Source: Candidatus Woesearchaeota archaeon
GTDB taxonomy: Archaea > Nanobdellota > Nanobdellia > Woesearchaeales > JABMPP01
DNA length: 64,000 nucleotides
Direction: 5' to 3'
Assembly: GCA_018303405.1 (NCBI GenBank)
Contig: JAGVYD010000009.1
Coordinates: 64,856 to 128,855, forward strand
A program made the translations under genes and the position numbers. Under the pieces are notes generated by a model, which had not been told where the DNA came from, ran no database searches, and saw only the letters and a program-made list of their open reading frames with translations. Numbering within the stretch: the stretch's first letter is position 1; every line of letters starts with the position of its first letter. Positions 1 to 9,350 of this stretch are shown piece by piece.

Positions 1-784
1 CAGGCTGCTCGAAGATTTCCTTGAGCATGAAATGCTTGAAGCCCTTTTTCTCAATCTGGTCAACGGACCAGGAAACTCTTTCAACTTTCTTGGCCTGGCC
101 AGTATTGTCACCATCGGTGATGTTATAGCCAGACTTTGTCAGTGTAAGGACATCTCCGTCATCCAGATAGATTACTTTCTTTGTGTATTCGACGATTGGT
201 GAGACATCACTTCCAATGAAATACTCATGGTCGCCTATCCCCAGAACGAGGGGGCTGCCATTTTTCGCAGCGACGATTTTGCTTTCGTCTTTGTGGATGA
301 CCAGGATTCCATAAGTTCCAACCAGCTGCCTGAGCGTCATCAAAACAGCCTGTTCGAGATTGCCCTGATAGAATTTTTCCACAAGGTGGGCAATGACCTC
401 TGTATCAGTTTCGCTGGAAAATTTGTGGCCTTCCTTAATCAGAATTTGCTTGAGGCTGTCAAAATTCTCAATTATGCCATTATGGACAACTGAGATTGCA
501 GCATTGCATGAAAATTGAGGATGGGCATTCTGCTCAGAAACCCCGCCGTGCGTTGCCCAGCGTGTATGCCCGATTCCAATGCCAATCCCATTATTCTCCT
601 TCATGCGCTTGGCAATGATTTTTGCCTCGCCAATTTTTCCAACGTGCCTCTCAGATTCGATTTTGCCACGCGCCTTTGATGCAACTCCCCAGGAATCATA
701 GCCTCTGTATTCTAGTTTTTTCAGGCCTCTGACTACTACATTAAGAGGCAACTTCTTTCCAATGTATCCAAAAATTCCGCACAT
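1..784 (-). CDS. glmS: Glutamine--fructose-6-phosphate aminotransferase, N-terminal part. The gene runs off the window start, so it is 3'-truncated here.
   Basis: The reverse-strand translation begins MCGIFGYIGKK..., with Cys2 as the class-II glutaminase nucleophile. It continues ...GIGHTRWATHG...HNGIIENF..., typical of the GlmS Ntn-amidotransferase domain. The ATG is at 784 and the upstream gene stops 5 bp earlier. Confidence 0.85.
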   Translation of the reverse strand, partial: MCGIFGYIGKKLPLNVVVRGLKKLEYRGYDSWGVASKARGKIESERHVGKIGEAKIIAKRMKENNGIGIGIGHTRWATHGGVSEQNAHPQFSCNAAISVVHNGIIENFDSLKQILIKEGHKFSSETDTEVIAHLVEKFYQGNLEQAVLMTLRQLVGTYGILVIHKDESKIVAAKNGSPLVLGIGDHEYFIGSDVSPIVEYTKKVIYLDDGDVLTLTKSGYNITDGDNTGQAKKVERVSWSVDQIEKKGFKHFMLKEIFEQP

Positions 785-789
785 TTGTT

Positions 790-1488
790 TCACCTGGCCC
801 CTTTGAGATAATTATCAATAAGTGGTATGTCCTCTGGACAGCCCATGTCAATCCAGGCGTCCTGGCATTTTACAGTCCGAATTTTTTTGCCTTTTGCGAG
901 CAGAGTCAGGGCATCTGTGAGCTCATATTCCCCCCTAGAGGATTTGCCTATTTTTGCAATTGCATCATAAATTTCAGGAGTAAATTTGTAAAGCCCTGTA
1001 TTTATTTGATTCCCGACAAATTTTTTTGGCTTTTCAACTATGCGGGAAAGATAGCCTTTTTTCTCCACGATAATGCCGTACCTTTTCCAGTCCTTGACTT
1101 TTGTGGTGGCCACATAGCTGAGTTTATCGTCTTTTGAAATTTTTCGGAGGTCAGGCACAGACCATAAACTGTCCCCGCCGAGGGCAATAAACTGGTCATG
1201 GCCAGTGAATTTTGAAGCAAGCTTTAAGGCATGGGCAGTCCCGAGTCTTTTGTCCTGGTGGATTAAACGGGCTTTAAAGCCATATTCCTGCAAAAATGAT
1301 TTGACTTTGCTGCCTTTATGCCCAACAATAATTGCATAATCCGAATAGCCTGCTTTTTTCAGGCGAATGAGCAGATGATAGAGAAAAGGTTTGCCATTTA
1401 TATGTATCAATGGTTTAGGCACCAGTTTGGTGAGTGGCATCATCCGCACGCCTTTTCCCGCAGCCATAATAACAGCTTTTCTTATCAT
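790..1488 (-). CDS. Sugar-phosphate nucleotidyltransferase, resembling the GlmU N-terminal domain or a glucose-1-phosphate thymidylyltransferase.
   Basis: The protein starts MIRKAVIMAAGKGVRMMPLTK. A G-rich pyrophosphorylase loop follows, then LGTAHAL and GGDSLW motifs. It sits immediately upstream of glmS in the same operon, so it is probably a UDP-GlcNAc-forming enzyme. I chose Met18 of the listed ORF as the start. Confidence 0.75.
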   Translation of the reverse strand: MIRKAVIMAAGKGVRMMPLTKLVPKPLIHINGKPFLYHLLIRLKKAGYSDYAIIVGHKGSKVKSFLQEYGFKARLIHQDKRLGTAHALKLASKFTGHDQFIALGGDSLWSVPDLRKISKDDKLSYVATTKVKDWKRYGIIVEKKGYLSRIVEKPKKFVGNQINTGLYKFTPEIYDAIAKIGKSSRGEYELTDALTLLAKGKKIRTVKCQDAWIDMGCPEDIPLIDNYLKGAR

Positions 1489-1539
1489 GGTAAAAAGAAC
1501 AAACTTGATGTGGTATAAATATTTAATTGAAAAAAACAT

Positions 1540-1770
1540 TATAATAAAAAGTGAAATAAAGATTGGATAACTATTATTACATGAATTTAAGTGATTATAA
1601 AACTTTAAATTCTTTTTTAGAATGACAAATAGATTAAATTAAATTTTAAATGTTTATAAGTGTATATTTTGAAATTTTATATTATAAAATACTATAAGAA
1701 TATTATAATGAAATTTATAATAATACAAAAAGTTTTTAAATAATAAAAGATTTCCTGAGCCCGAATTAAA
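1540..1770. promoter_or_regulatory. AT-rich divergent promoter region between the nucleotidyltransferase operon and the HTH regulator gene.
   Basis: About 230 bp of very A+T-rich DNA, with many TTTATA/TATAAA-like TATA-box candidates, lies between divergently oriented genes. Confidence 0.4.
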
Positions 1771-2712
1771 ATGGTTGAGAGCTTCATAGTAAGGGATGAG
1801 GGCAAAGGGCTTCAGCGGCAGAGTATTAAATTGCTTGACAAGCCTTCGGCAATTAAATTAATAGACAATGCTGCACGGATAGAAATCATTAAAGCGCTTA
1901 GCAAAATGCCCATGTATCCTGCAGAGCTTGCAAAGGCCCTGAAAATGCATGAGCAATTGGTATATTACCACATCAAGCAGCTGATGAACGCTAGCATAAT
2001 CCACGTCGTGGAAAGGCAGGAAATCAGGGGCACAATGGCCAAAAAACTGGCAGTAAAAGACTTGAATTTTGCTGTGCTCCTCAGCGATGATTGGAAGGAC
2101 TTTTCAGTTGCTGAAACTGGGCTGATGGATAAAAAACTTAAGGCATTTCTCGAGCCCCTGGTAATGGAAGGGGAACTGCAGGGCAAGATAGTCGTCGGCA
2201 GTCCTGATCCCCATGGCCCGTTCAAGGCAAGGGCAAGGGACAGCCATTATGCTATTGATTTGTCGATTTTCCTCGGTAAATATGTAAAAATGCCATCTGA
2301 CTTCGCTGTCAGCCTTGATGTTGACATCAATTTATCGTCGACGGACACCAATTTCCTGTTGGTTGGCGGGCCGGTAACCAACCTTGTGGTGTCGACGGTG
2401 CAGGAAAAAATGCCAGCCAGGTTTGCTGACAATAAACCGTGGGGCCTGTTTTCGGATAAGACCCAGAAAAAATATACAGAAGAGTCAATTGGAGTAGTGG
2501 CAAAAATCCCCAATCCTCACTTTCCCAACAGATATGTCATTATACTTGCTGGAATAAGCAGCCCGGGCACAAAAGCAGCAGTGCTAGCTCTCACTCGCCA
2601 CACTAAGAGACTCATGGGCTCATATACAGGACAAAAGGCATGGTCAGCAATTGTGCAGGGATTTGATGAAGATGGTGATGGGAAACTTGACAGTGTTGAG
2701 ATTTTGGAATAA
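1771..2712 (+). CDS. Winged-helix (ArsR-like) transcriptional regulator with a C-terminal domain of unknown function.
   Basis: An N-terminal HTH is visible (ARIEIIKALSKMPMYPAELAKALKMHEQLVYYHIKQL). It is followed by about 200 aa of globular domain (VGSPDPHGP...LLVGGPVTN). The gene is transcribed divergently from the UDP-GlcNAc operon. Confidence 0.55.
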   Translation: MVESFIVRDEGKGLQRQSIKLLDKPSAIKLIDNAARIEIIKALSKMPMYPAELAKALKMHEQLVYYHIKQLMNASIIHVVERQEIRGTMAKKLAVKDLNFAVLLSDDWKDFSVAETGLMDKKLKAFLEPLVMEGELQGKIVVGSPDPHGPFKARARDSHYAIDLSIFLGKYVKMPSDFAVSLDVDINLSSTDTNFLLVGGPVTNLVVSTVQEKMPARFADNKPWGLFSDKTQKKYTEESIGVVAKIPNPHFPNRYVIILAGISSPGTKAAVLALTRHTKRLMGSYTGQKAWSAIVQGFDEDGDGKLDSVEILE

Positions 2713-3312
2713 AATGAGCATTTAATAAGCATTTCCACGATGGTCCGTATTGCAGAGATTTATTTTCATATATAGTGTATATGATAGAACCAAAAAATTC
2801 AAGTGGCCGGGCAAGAAAAGGCAAATTCGGCAGATATGCGGAGCAAATCTGAGCTTGCCAAATCATAGGAACCCTCACTTTCCATATATCAGATACTTGC
2901 GAAATACCCAAAAAAAGATGCATAATGCCAAAGTTGAGAGGTTGATTGTGCTAATATGCCCTGCAAATCCTCGATATGGCCACTCAGGCTGCCGTGGCAA
3001 CCCATAAAAGAGGGGAGTCTCGAAAACACACGTTTCCCATATATAAACAAGTTATAAACAAGTTTAAACAGCAACAGGGAAGGGATGGAAAGCATGATAG
3101 AAGGTATATATCAGATATCAGCAATGTATTCCAGATATGAATTCCATATGTGTGCATTTTAGTGCTGATGGGTGAAAAGATGATATGGAAAGGTCATTTT
3201 TGATGTTAGTTAAACTGTCAAGAGTATATAAAATAGATAAAAAAGACTGTAAAATGCTTCAAAAATTAAACCAAACTTTATAAGACCTTAAAATTATAAG
3301 GAGGGATTTAAA

Positions 3313-4005
3313 ATGCGACTATTCAGAAAAAAACCAGCTATAAACGCAATTACAGAGCTAAATAAGAGCATGTCAAAAGTTGACAGGGACATATACCTAA
3401 TACAGCAGTGGATTGCCCACTTGCATGGCAAGCATGAATTCATAAAAAATTCACATTTCAGGCATGTGGATATGACAAGGAGGGATGTGCAGGAGCTCAA
3501 TAGATGGATCAATTATTTGCACAGGCACAACCTTGAAATGCATAATTTCGTAAAGGAAACAACAAAAAACATACTGGATTTGAGAAAAAATCAGGAAGAT
3601 TTGCTAAAAAAGCTTGAAAAACTTGAAGAAGGACAACTGAGGACACTACAGAGGACAAGTCAAGGACAATTAAGGGACATGTCCCTCGTTGACCAGACTG
3701 CAAAGGAAATACGAATGATTACACCAGAAATAAACCAAATAGGTAATCAAAGCGAAACCAAATTTATCGGTAAGCATGAGTTCACAGGAAGCGAGATGGA
3801 GTTGATAAACATATTTTATCGCGCGGACAGGCCCCTGAGCTACCAGGATTTGTCAAAACTCCTCGGAAAAAAAGACAAAAGCATTAGGAACTTGATTTAT
3901 GAATTGAGGGCAAAAAAAGTCCTGGTAAAATCAAAGCCCATAGGCATAAGAACAAAAGGATTCTTTTTGGAAAAAGAAGAAAAAATAAGGGTATCCGGCA
4001 GGTAA
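3313..4005 (+). CDS. Hypothetical protein with an N-terminal coiled coil and a C-terminal winged helix.
   Basis: Residues 60-130 form charged heptad-like repeats. The C-terminus (ELINIFYRADRPLSYQDLSKLLGKKDKSIRNLIYELRAKKVLV) looks like a winged-helix DNA-binding domain. A strong RBS (GGAGGGAT) lies upstream. Confidence 0.5.
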   Translation: MRLFRKKPAINAITELNKSMSKVDRDIYLIQQWIAHLHGKHEFIKNSHFRHVDMTRRDVQELNRWINYLHRHNLEMHNFVKETTKNILDLRKNQEDLLKKLEKLEEGQLRTLQRTSQGQLRDMSLVDQTAKEIRMITPEINQIGNQSETKFIGKHEFTGSEMELINIFYRADRPLSYQDLSKLLGKKDKSIRNLIYELRAKKVLVKSKPIGIRTKGFFLEKEEKIRVSGR

Positions 4006-4009
4006 AAAT

Positions 4010-4075
4010 GCCATGTCCCAAATGATTTGTCCTTTTGTCCTCTAAGGACGGGACAAGTCGGGACAAATCAATTAG
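4010..4075. terminator. Palindromic region between convergent genes, possibly a bidirectional terminator.
   Basis: GTCCCAAATGATTTGTCC is followed by the hairpin GTCC-TCTAA-GGAC and then GGGACAAATCA, the partial reverse complement of the first element. Convergent genes lie on either side. Confidence 0.3.
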
Positions 4076-4162
4076 CCTTTTTGGGCATGATTTGACTTGA
4101 ATGGTGACTTAAGATGCAAATCCCTTGCCAATTTTTTTACTTGGCTTATTTGTTCCCAAGAA

Positions 4163-4693
4163 TCAATTCTTTCTAAGTTTAAGCGCTGAAAGGATCTTCT
4201 TTGCGAGGGTTTTTATGGTTTTCTTGCCAGTGTCCAAAATCAAAGGCCTGTGACCAAATGACCTCGCCTCTTCCAGGCAGATATCAAATATCTCAGAATC
4301 AAGGTTTTCCCTCACCTTTGTGGCAGAATACCCCCTTTTTCTAAGGCGGTTCCTGATTGTATGGAGGTCGGCTTTCACAATAACGCACAAATCCACATAA
4401 GATGCCGGCAGAAAGTGGGCCATATGGCCATCGACAATGATACCATTATGGCCCTGCAATGCCATTATAGCCTGCTTAAGATGCCTAACAAGATGGGATG
4501 CATCCACAATGTAAGTTTGACGCGCACGGTCATATTTTTCGTATAAGCCATGTTTTTTGGCAAATTTGCTGATTTCAATTAGTTTCCAGCGTTTGGAAAG
4601 TGAGAGTTCTTTGGCTATACTTGTCTTCCCTGTTCCAGGAGTTCCACTTATTGCCACTATAATGGGCTTTTGGATTGAAATTTTTTTGCTCAT
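4163..4693 (-). CDS. Fap7/AK6-family nucleoside kinase, the putative archaeal adenylate kinase isoenzyme 6.
   Basis: The P-loop IAISGTPGTGKTS sits at the N-terminus. Size is about 175 aa. This is the Fap7-type architecture, distinct from canonical Adk. Confidence 0.65.
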   Translation of the reverse strand: MSKKISIQKPIIVAISGTPGTGKTSIAKELSLSKRWKLIEISKFAKKHGLYEKYDRARQTYIVDASHLVRHLKQAIMALQGHNGIIVDGHMAHFLPASYVDLCVIVKADLHTIRNRLRKRGYSATKVRENLDSEIFDICLEEARSFGHRPLILDTGKKTIKTLAKKILSALKLRKN

Positions 4694-4920
4694 TTTGATA
4701 TATAAGTATATTAATTGATTATTAATTTTATATTATTTGTAATATTGATTCAACTTATATATGAAATTATTTGCTTAATTTTGGCTTATTTTGATAAAAT
4801 TAAAGCGATGTTTTGACATGTTGCCCTCTTTGATGATTTTTACATTCATGATGATATATGATTGATACTCAATATGGGCAATTTTGGATAAGGTTTATGG
4901 TGCCTAATTTACAAAATTCT

Positions 4921-5634
4921 CTAATTTGCCTGTTTTCTTTCCCTGACCTTTTCAAGGAGAAAATACATGAAAATTGCAAAAACGGCTCCGACAAGGAACC
5001 AGACTGCGATACTGTTCCATGAAAAAAAAGAAGGGGAGGAAACGGATTGCGCGGTGCTGGCAGCAAAATCTGCCTGCGTTGCCGCAGCGCCCTGTGCTGC
5101 TGTTGCCGTGGCTGACACGTCAGCTGTGCTTTCTGCCATAAGCATTGGTGCGGCCTCTTTGGCTGCAATTGGGTCCATGCCGGCTGAACTGCGGGAAAGG
5201 GCACTAAAAAATATGTTGGATGACTGGTTTATGATGGCGATTACTGCTGTTGCTGCGAGTGTTATGATGCCAAGAGGGAATAGGCGCTTAAGTTTTTTCA
5301 TGAATCCTTCGTCGGTTGTGGCCGGCGCAATGATAATCAGCTTGTTTGCGAGCTTATAGTGGAGCATTTCCTTGCCTTTTTGGCTGTAGTGGAATTCCTC
5401 GGCGATTACAAGCTTGTTTTCGACCAAATGCTGGAGGTTGTAGTGGACTGTTGAAATAGGCATTTTCAGGGCCCTGCTTATCTCTGATTCCGTGGATTCC
5501 TGCTGGGATAGAAAATCAAGTATTTTCCTGCTGGTCTCATTGCTAATAACCTGGGCCAGCTTTTTAGCCTGGTTCTCCTTAAGTGAAACCAGCATGAATG
5601 ATTCTTCTGCCATTCCAGATATAAATCCGGACAT
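4921..5634 (-). CDS. Membrane-associated HTH (ArsR/PadR-like) transcriptional regulator.
   Basis: An N-terminal wHTH is present (SRKILDFLSQQESTESEISRALKMPISTVHYNLQHL). The C-terminus has two hydrophobic segments separated by an Ala/Thr/Ser-rich linker. Confidence 0.5.
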   Translation of the reverse strand: MSGFISGMAEESFMLVSLKENQAKKLAQVISNETSRKILDFLSQQESTESEISRALKMPISTVHYNLQHLVENKLVIAEEFHYSQKGKEMLHYKLANKLIIIAPATTDEGFMKKLKRLFPLGIITLAATAVIAIINQSSNIFFSALSRSSAGMDPIAAKEAAPMLMAESTADVSATATAAQGAAATQADFAASTAQSVSSPSFFSWNSIAVWFLVGAVFAIFMYFLLEKVRERKQAN

Positions 5635-5824
5635 ATATTTAAAATTGCCTGTGACTTCGAATCAGGTCAAAGTTATGATGGCATTTATGGCCTGGCCGCG
5701 TGAAGGTGTGTGAAGATGGATGCCTGGGAAATAGTGCGGCATAAATGTATATACATAAAATATTTAAATGATGGAATGTAAAAAATCCTATAAATGTCAT
5801 ATCAATTGTTCTTGGGGTGAGAGC

Positions 5825-6322
5825 ATGCAGTGCGAAATGTGCGGTATTAATATTGCCAGCCAGAAAGTCCTGATAGAAGGGACTGAAATGACGGTTTGTG
5901 CAGATTGCGGAAAGTTTGGTGAAATGATTGAGGCGCTTGCAAGCGCAAAAAAAGATGAAAAAGCCACAATCCAGAAAAGATCAGTGCTGTCGACATTCAA
6001 CACCCGGCCGCGCGCCATGCCAGAGCCTGAAATCCAGGAAATTATCGTCGGGGATTATGCTGAAATATTGCACAGGAAAAGGGAAAGGATGGGCATGACC
6101 CAAAAGGAATTTGCTGCATTCTTAGCAGAAAGGGAATCCATAATACACAAGATTGAGACAAATTCCTATGAGATGCCGATAAAAATGGCCAGGAAGTTTG
6201 AGAAATTGCTCAAAGTCAGCCTCATTGAAGAATATGAGGAGAAGAAAATCAGCATGGGCAATGCTTCATCCGGAGACCAGGTCACAATAGGCGACTTGAT
6301 CACAGTCAGGAAACGTGCCTAG
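5825..6322 (+). CDS. mbf1: Archaeal multiprotein bridging factor 1: a zinc ribbon fused to an XRE-family HTH.
   Basis: The protein starts MQCEMCG...CADCGKFG, a CxxC...CxxC ribbon. It then shows a cro/C1-type HTH (RMGMTQKEFAAFLAERESIIHKIE). Size and order match aMBF1. I chose the internal ATG at 5825. Confidence 0.75.
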   Translation: MQCEMCGINIASQKVLIEGTEMTVCADCGKFGEMIEALASAKKDEKATIQKRSVLSTFNTRPRAMPEPEIQEIIVGDYAEILHRKRERMGMTQKEFAAFLAERESIIHKIETNSYEMPIKMARKFEKLLKVSLIEEYEEKKISMGNASSGDQVTIGDLITVRKRA

Positions 6323-7901
6323 CGCTGAAGATGTAATAAGAGCAGATAAGGCCGTTCTCCTCATAATTAGTATTGAATTCTTGCCTTATTTGTGCGAATA
6401 AAGCGGACTTTGCAGATTCACAGCCTGCATCCCATGGTGGGCATTCAAAATCGCATGTATCAATCAGTATGTCGCTCGCTGACCGCAGCTGGTTCGAAAG
6501 CTGTAGGATTTTTTGGCTATCAAACAATGGATAGTACATCAGGCCACTTGACTTCAAGTCGCTGTTTGCCATGAACAGGGGGCTTGAGACCCATACCTGC
6601 GCCTGATTGTCGAGACTTGAAAGGTGCTCATTGAATGCAGAGGGGATATAACGTGGAGCGTAATTCCAAGCTTGACCGATGCCGACGTAAGATTGTGCCA
6701 TCCATGCCATCCCCGCAATGACCGAGATAATGACAATGGTTTTTTCAAAGGTTTTTACACGCGCATGAACATCTCCTACACGGATAGTCCTTGCAGACTG
6801 CCATGCCGTGAAAAGCCCAAAGCCCGCCAAAATGTACAGATAGGGCAAAAAGGCAAGTGCAAACCTCATTTCCTTGTGCTGGATTATGGTGAAATATGCA
6901 AAATACAGGATAAACAGGCAAGTGATGAGCCACGCATGCCAATAAAATTTGGATTTGTCTTCTGATTCATGCTGCCTATCCACCGCCGCGTCCCTTTGTG
7001 CCCACCGCCTTATGCCAAGAATGCCTGCAATAAAAAATATTGAGAGGAAATTTTCCTTAAGCAGGCCAACAACGTAAAAGCCAGCTGGCTTCCAATAGAT
7101 CCAGCCAGTGTATTTTGACATGAAAATTTGGCGGATAAATGGCTGAAAAATATTGCCATACATTCCAAAATTGAATGCCAAAAATGGAACCAAGATGGTC
7201 AAGAACCCCAGTACAATTGCAATGACATCACCATTTCCTCGCCAAGGACCTGCAGGTCTTCCTTTTTTGTTTGCAGCCAATGCCATTATTACCGTCAAGA
7301 CGAGCATTGCCAGGAAAACAGCCAGATGCAGGAAACGGGCAATAAAAGCCAAAGCCAAAACAACTCCTGAAGAATAAAGATGCCTCCTGATAAACAAATA
7401 AATGCCAAAAAGCGACAGGCATACAGCCAATATATCAGTTAGTATGAGACCCTGGAAAAGAACAAAGGTTGGGGAGAAGGCAAGCATTGCCGAAGCGAGC
7501 AGGGCTGTGGGCCTTCCGAAAATATTCATGGCAATTGTGTAAGCAAGGTAGATTGAATAGAGGCCTGCGGCGAGCATAAGCACCTTGCCGGCAATTAGCG
7601 GGTCAAGCCCGATTTTCCAGGCAAGGCCAAGGATTACAGGGAGCAAGGGGGGCCTTACATCCTCCCAAAAGCCTGAGGCACCGTTAGAAAACATGTATTT
7701 TCCCATGCCTATGTAAACTGAGGAATCCCACCAAACTGATGTTGCAGAAAAATGGAACAGGGCAATTGCCAAGGAGATAAGCAGTATCAAGGAAAGCAGT
7801 GGGTCACTCAAATGGCCATATTTTCTGCCTGTTTTGCCTGATTGGCCAGCCTGAAATTTTTTCCTCGACATGAAAAGCCTCCGTCTGCCATATAGCATCA
7901 A
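6306..7901 (-). CDS. GT-C-fold membrane glycosyltransferase of the PMT_2/ArnT-like family (COG1807), copy A.
   Basis: More than 10 predicted TM helices. The first extracytoplasmic loop carries WWDSSVYIGMGKY ... RPPLLP, the acidic/aromatic motif of PMT/ArnT-type GT-C enzymes. A C-terminal soluble domain follows. An alternative start at Met11 (7871) is possible. Confidence 0.65.
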   Translation of the reverse strand: MMLYGRRRLFMSRKKFQAGQSGKTGRKYGHLSDPLLSLILLISLAIALFHFSATSVWWDSSVYIGMGKYMFSNGASGFWEDVRPPLLPVILGLAWKIGLDPLIAGKVLMLAAGLYSIYLAYTIAMNIFGRPTALLASAMLAFSPTFVLFQGLILTDILAVCLSLFGIYLFIRRHLYSSGVVLALAFIARFLHLAVFLAMLVLTVIMALAANKKGRPAGPWRGNGDVIAIVLGFLTILVPFLAFNFGMYGNIFQPFIRQIFMSKYTGWIYWKPAGFYVVGLLKENFLSIFFIAGILGIRRWAQRDAAVDRQHESEDKSKFYWHAWLITCLFILYFAYFTIIQHKEMRFALAFLPYLYILAGFGLFTAWQSARTIRVGDVHARVKTFEKTIVIISVIAGMAWMAQSYVGIGQAWNYAPRYIPSAFNEHLSSLDNQAQVWVSSPLFMANSDLKSSGLMYYPLFDSQKILQLSNQLRSASDILIDTCDFECPPWDAGCESAKSALFAQIRQEFNTNYEENGLICSYYIFSARHVS

Positions 7902-7907
7902 ACTGCA

Positions 7908-9338
7908 TCACTCCTTGTAATTATAATAATTTGCCTCCCACTGCCCGTTGGCAATAAAATACCTTGATCCCTGCCTTGCATAAACGCGGGGCTCCCTGAG
8001 GTCATGCAGAATCAGCACATGCTCTGCAGGCCCAAGATTGGGAAAATCATGTATTTGCCTCACTTCCATTTTGGAATAGTATGCGATCACAGGGCAGTTG
8101 AGATTGCAGTAGACAATTGAGCCATCGGCAATATTTAGCCTCAAGAAACCAGAGGCATCCTTTGTGACCTGCCTTAACCCATTCTCAAATCCAATTGAGG
8201 GTGTATAGGCCCTGGAATATCCCTGTGCCTGCAACATTAAAATGATTACAACAATCGGGAAGATAACCTGTGATTTAATATTGGACAGGAACAAAGAACA
8301 CGATAAAATAACAGGGAGCAATGCGGGCAATAAAAAACGCTCGGCTTCCCATTCCATGGAGATTGGCTTGGCAACGCCTCGCTGCAGTATCACAAAATAG
8401 TACAAAAGCATGAAAAGCGCCCAATACATCATGAAGCTACTGAAATTCCCTGAATAAGATTTTCGCCCATGAAAATTATAAAAGGCAAAAATTATGAAAA
8501 TTACTATAAACAGGCCGAAGAAATCGGCCAATGACCACAGGGAAAATGCGAGGCTTGTGGGCTCATTCTCTGCAACCACATGAAATGCGTCATGGAAAGG
8601 CCGGTAAAGATTCCCAAAGGTTGCATGGCTCCATGCCAAATATGGCACCATTGGCAATATTGCAAACACGGCAAACAGCAAGAGAGGAGCTGACAGGCTG
8701 GATAATTTGGCAGGCCAGGAAGGGATGGGAATAAGATAAATCAGCGCCAGAAATAATACGCCAGCATATATTATTGATGTGAATTTGACAAGGATGGATA
8801 ACCCAAATATAAGGCCAGAAATGCCCATGTAAATATTTTGCATGGAGAAATTGCTTTTTTTTGCTTTAGGGACCTGTGCAATTCCGCGAAAGAAAAAGTA
8901 TACGGAAGCGCCCGAGATTAGGGCTGCAAGTGCATCGGTCATCACCCATTTACTGGCAAGGATGTGGAAAGGCAAAAGCGAGACAATGACAGCTGAAATC
9001 CATGCTGCCTTACTGCTGTGCTGTTTTGCAAATTGAAAAGCCAGCAGCACCATAAGGCTGTTCAGAAATGCCATCAGGACCCTGGACCAGACTTCAGCAT
9101 CCAACCCCAGAGAGTAGATGCCTGATAGCATCATTGGAAGCAATGGTGGCCTGATATTAAGCTCGGTATAGCTTGCAGGCATGCCTGCATAATATTGTGC
9201 ATTTTGAAGATAAACTGTCTCATCCCAAAAGAAATAGCTTGTATCCACCGGGAACAGCCTTATTACAAAAGAAAATAGTATTAATAGCGCAAGGAATATA
9301 TTTTCATATGCCTTATTCTTTCGGTCATGCTGCTTCAT
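7908..9338 (-). CDS. GT-C-fold membrane glycosyltransferase of the PMT_2/ArnT-like family, copy B.
   Basis: FFWDETVYL...RPPLLP loop motif, multiple TM helices. It lies 6 bp upstream of copy A, in operon arrangement. Confidence 0.65.
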   Translation of the reverse strand: MKQHDRKNKAYENIFLALLILFSFVIRLFPVDTSYFFWDETVYLQNAQYYAGMPASYTELNIRPPLLPMMLSGIYSLGLDAEVWSRVLMAFLNSLMVLLAFQFAKQHSSKAAWISAVIVSLLPFHILASKWVMTDALAALISGASVYFFFRGIAQVPKAKKSNFSMQNIYMGISGLIFGLSILVKFTSIIYAGVLFLALIYLIPIPSWPAKLSSLSAPLLLFAVFAILPMVPYLAWSHATFGNLYRPFHDAFHVVAENEPTSLAFSLWSLADFFGLFIVIFIIFAFYNFHGRKSYSGNFSSFMMYWALFMLLYYFVILQRGVAKPISMEWEAERFLLPALLPVILSCSLFLSNIKSQVIFPIVVIILMLQAQGYSRAYTPSIGFENGLRQVTKDASGFLRLNIADGSIVYCNLNCPVIAYYSKMEVRQIHDFPNLGPAEHVLILHDLREPRVYARQGSRYFIANGQWEANYYNYKE

Positions 9339-9350
9339 CTACTGCCCCTT

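Noticed and set aside
227-493. An 88-aa plus-strand ORF inside glmS.
   Set aside because: It lies antisense within the strongly supported glmS reading frame and has no motif. It is a frame-shadow ORF.
2750-3007. An 85-aa basic ORF in the long intergenic gap.
   Set aside because: It has Arg/Lys-rich low-complexity composition with no RBS or promoter logic. It is more likely non-coding. The region is reported as a finding instead.
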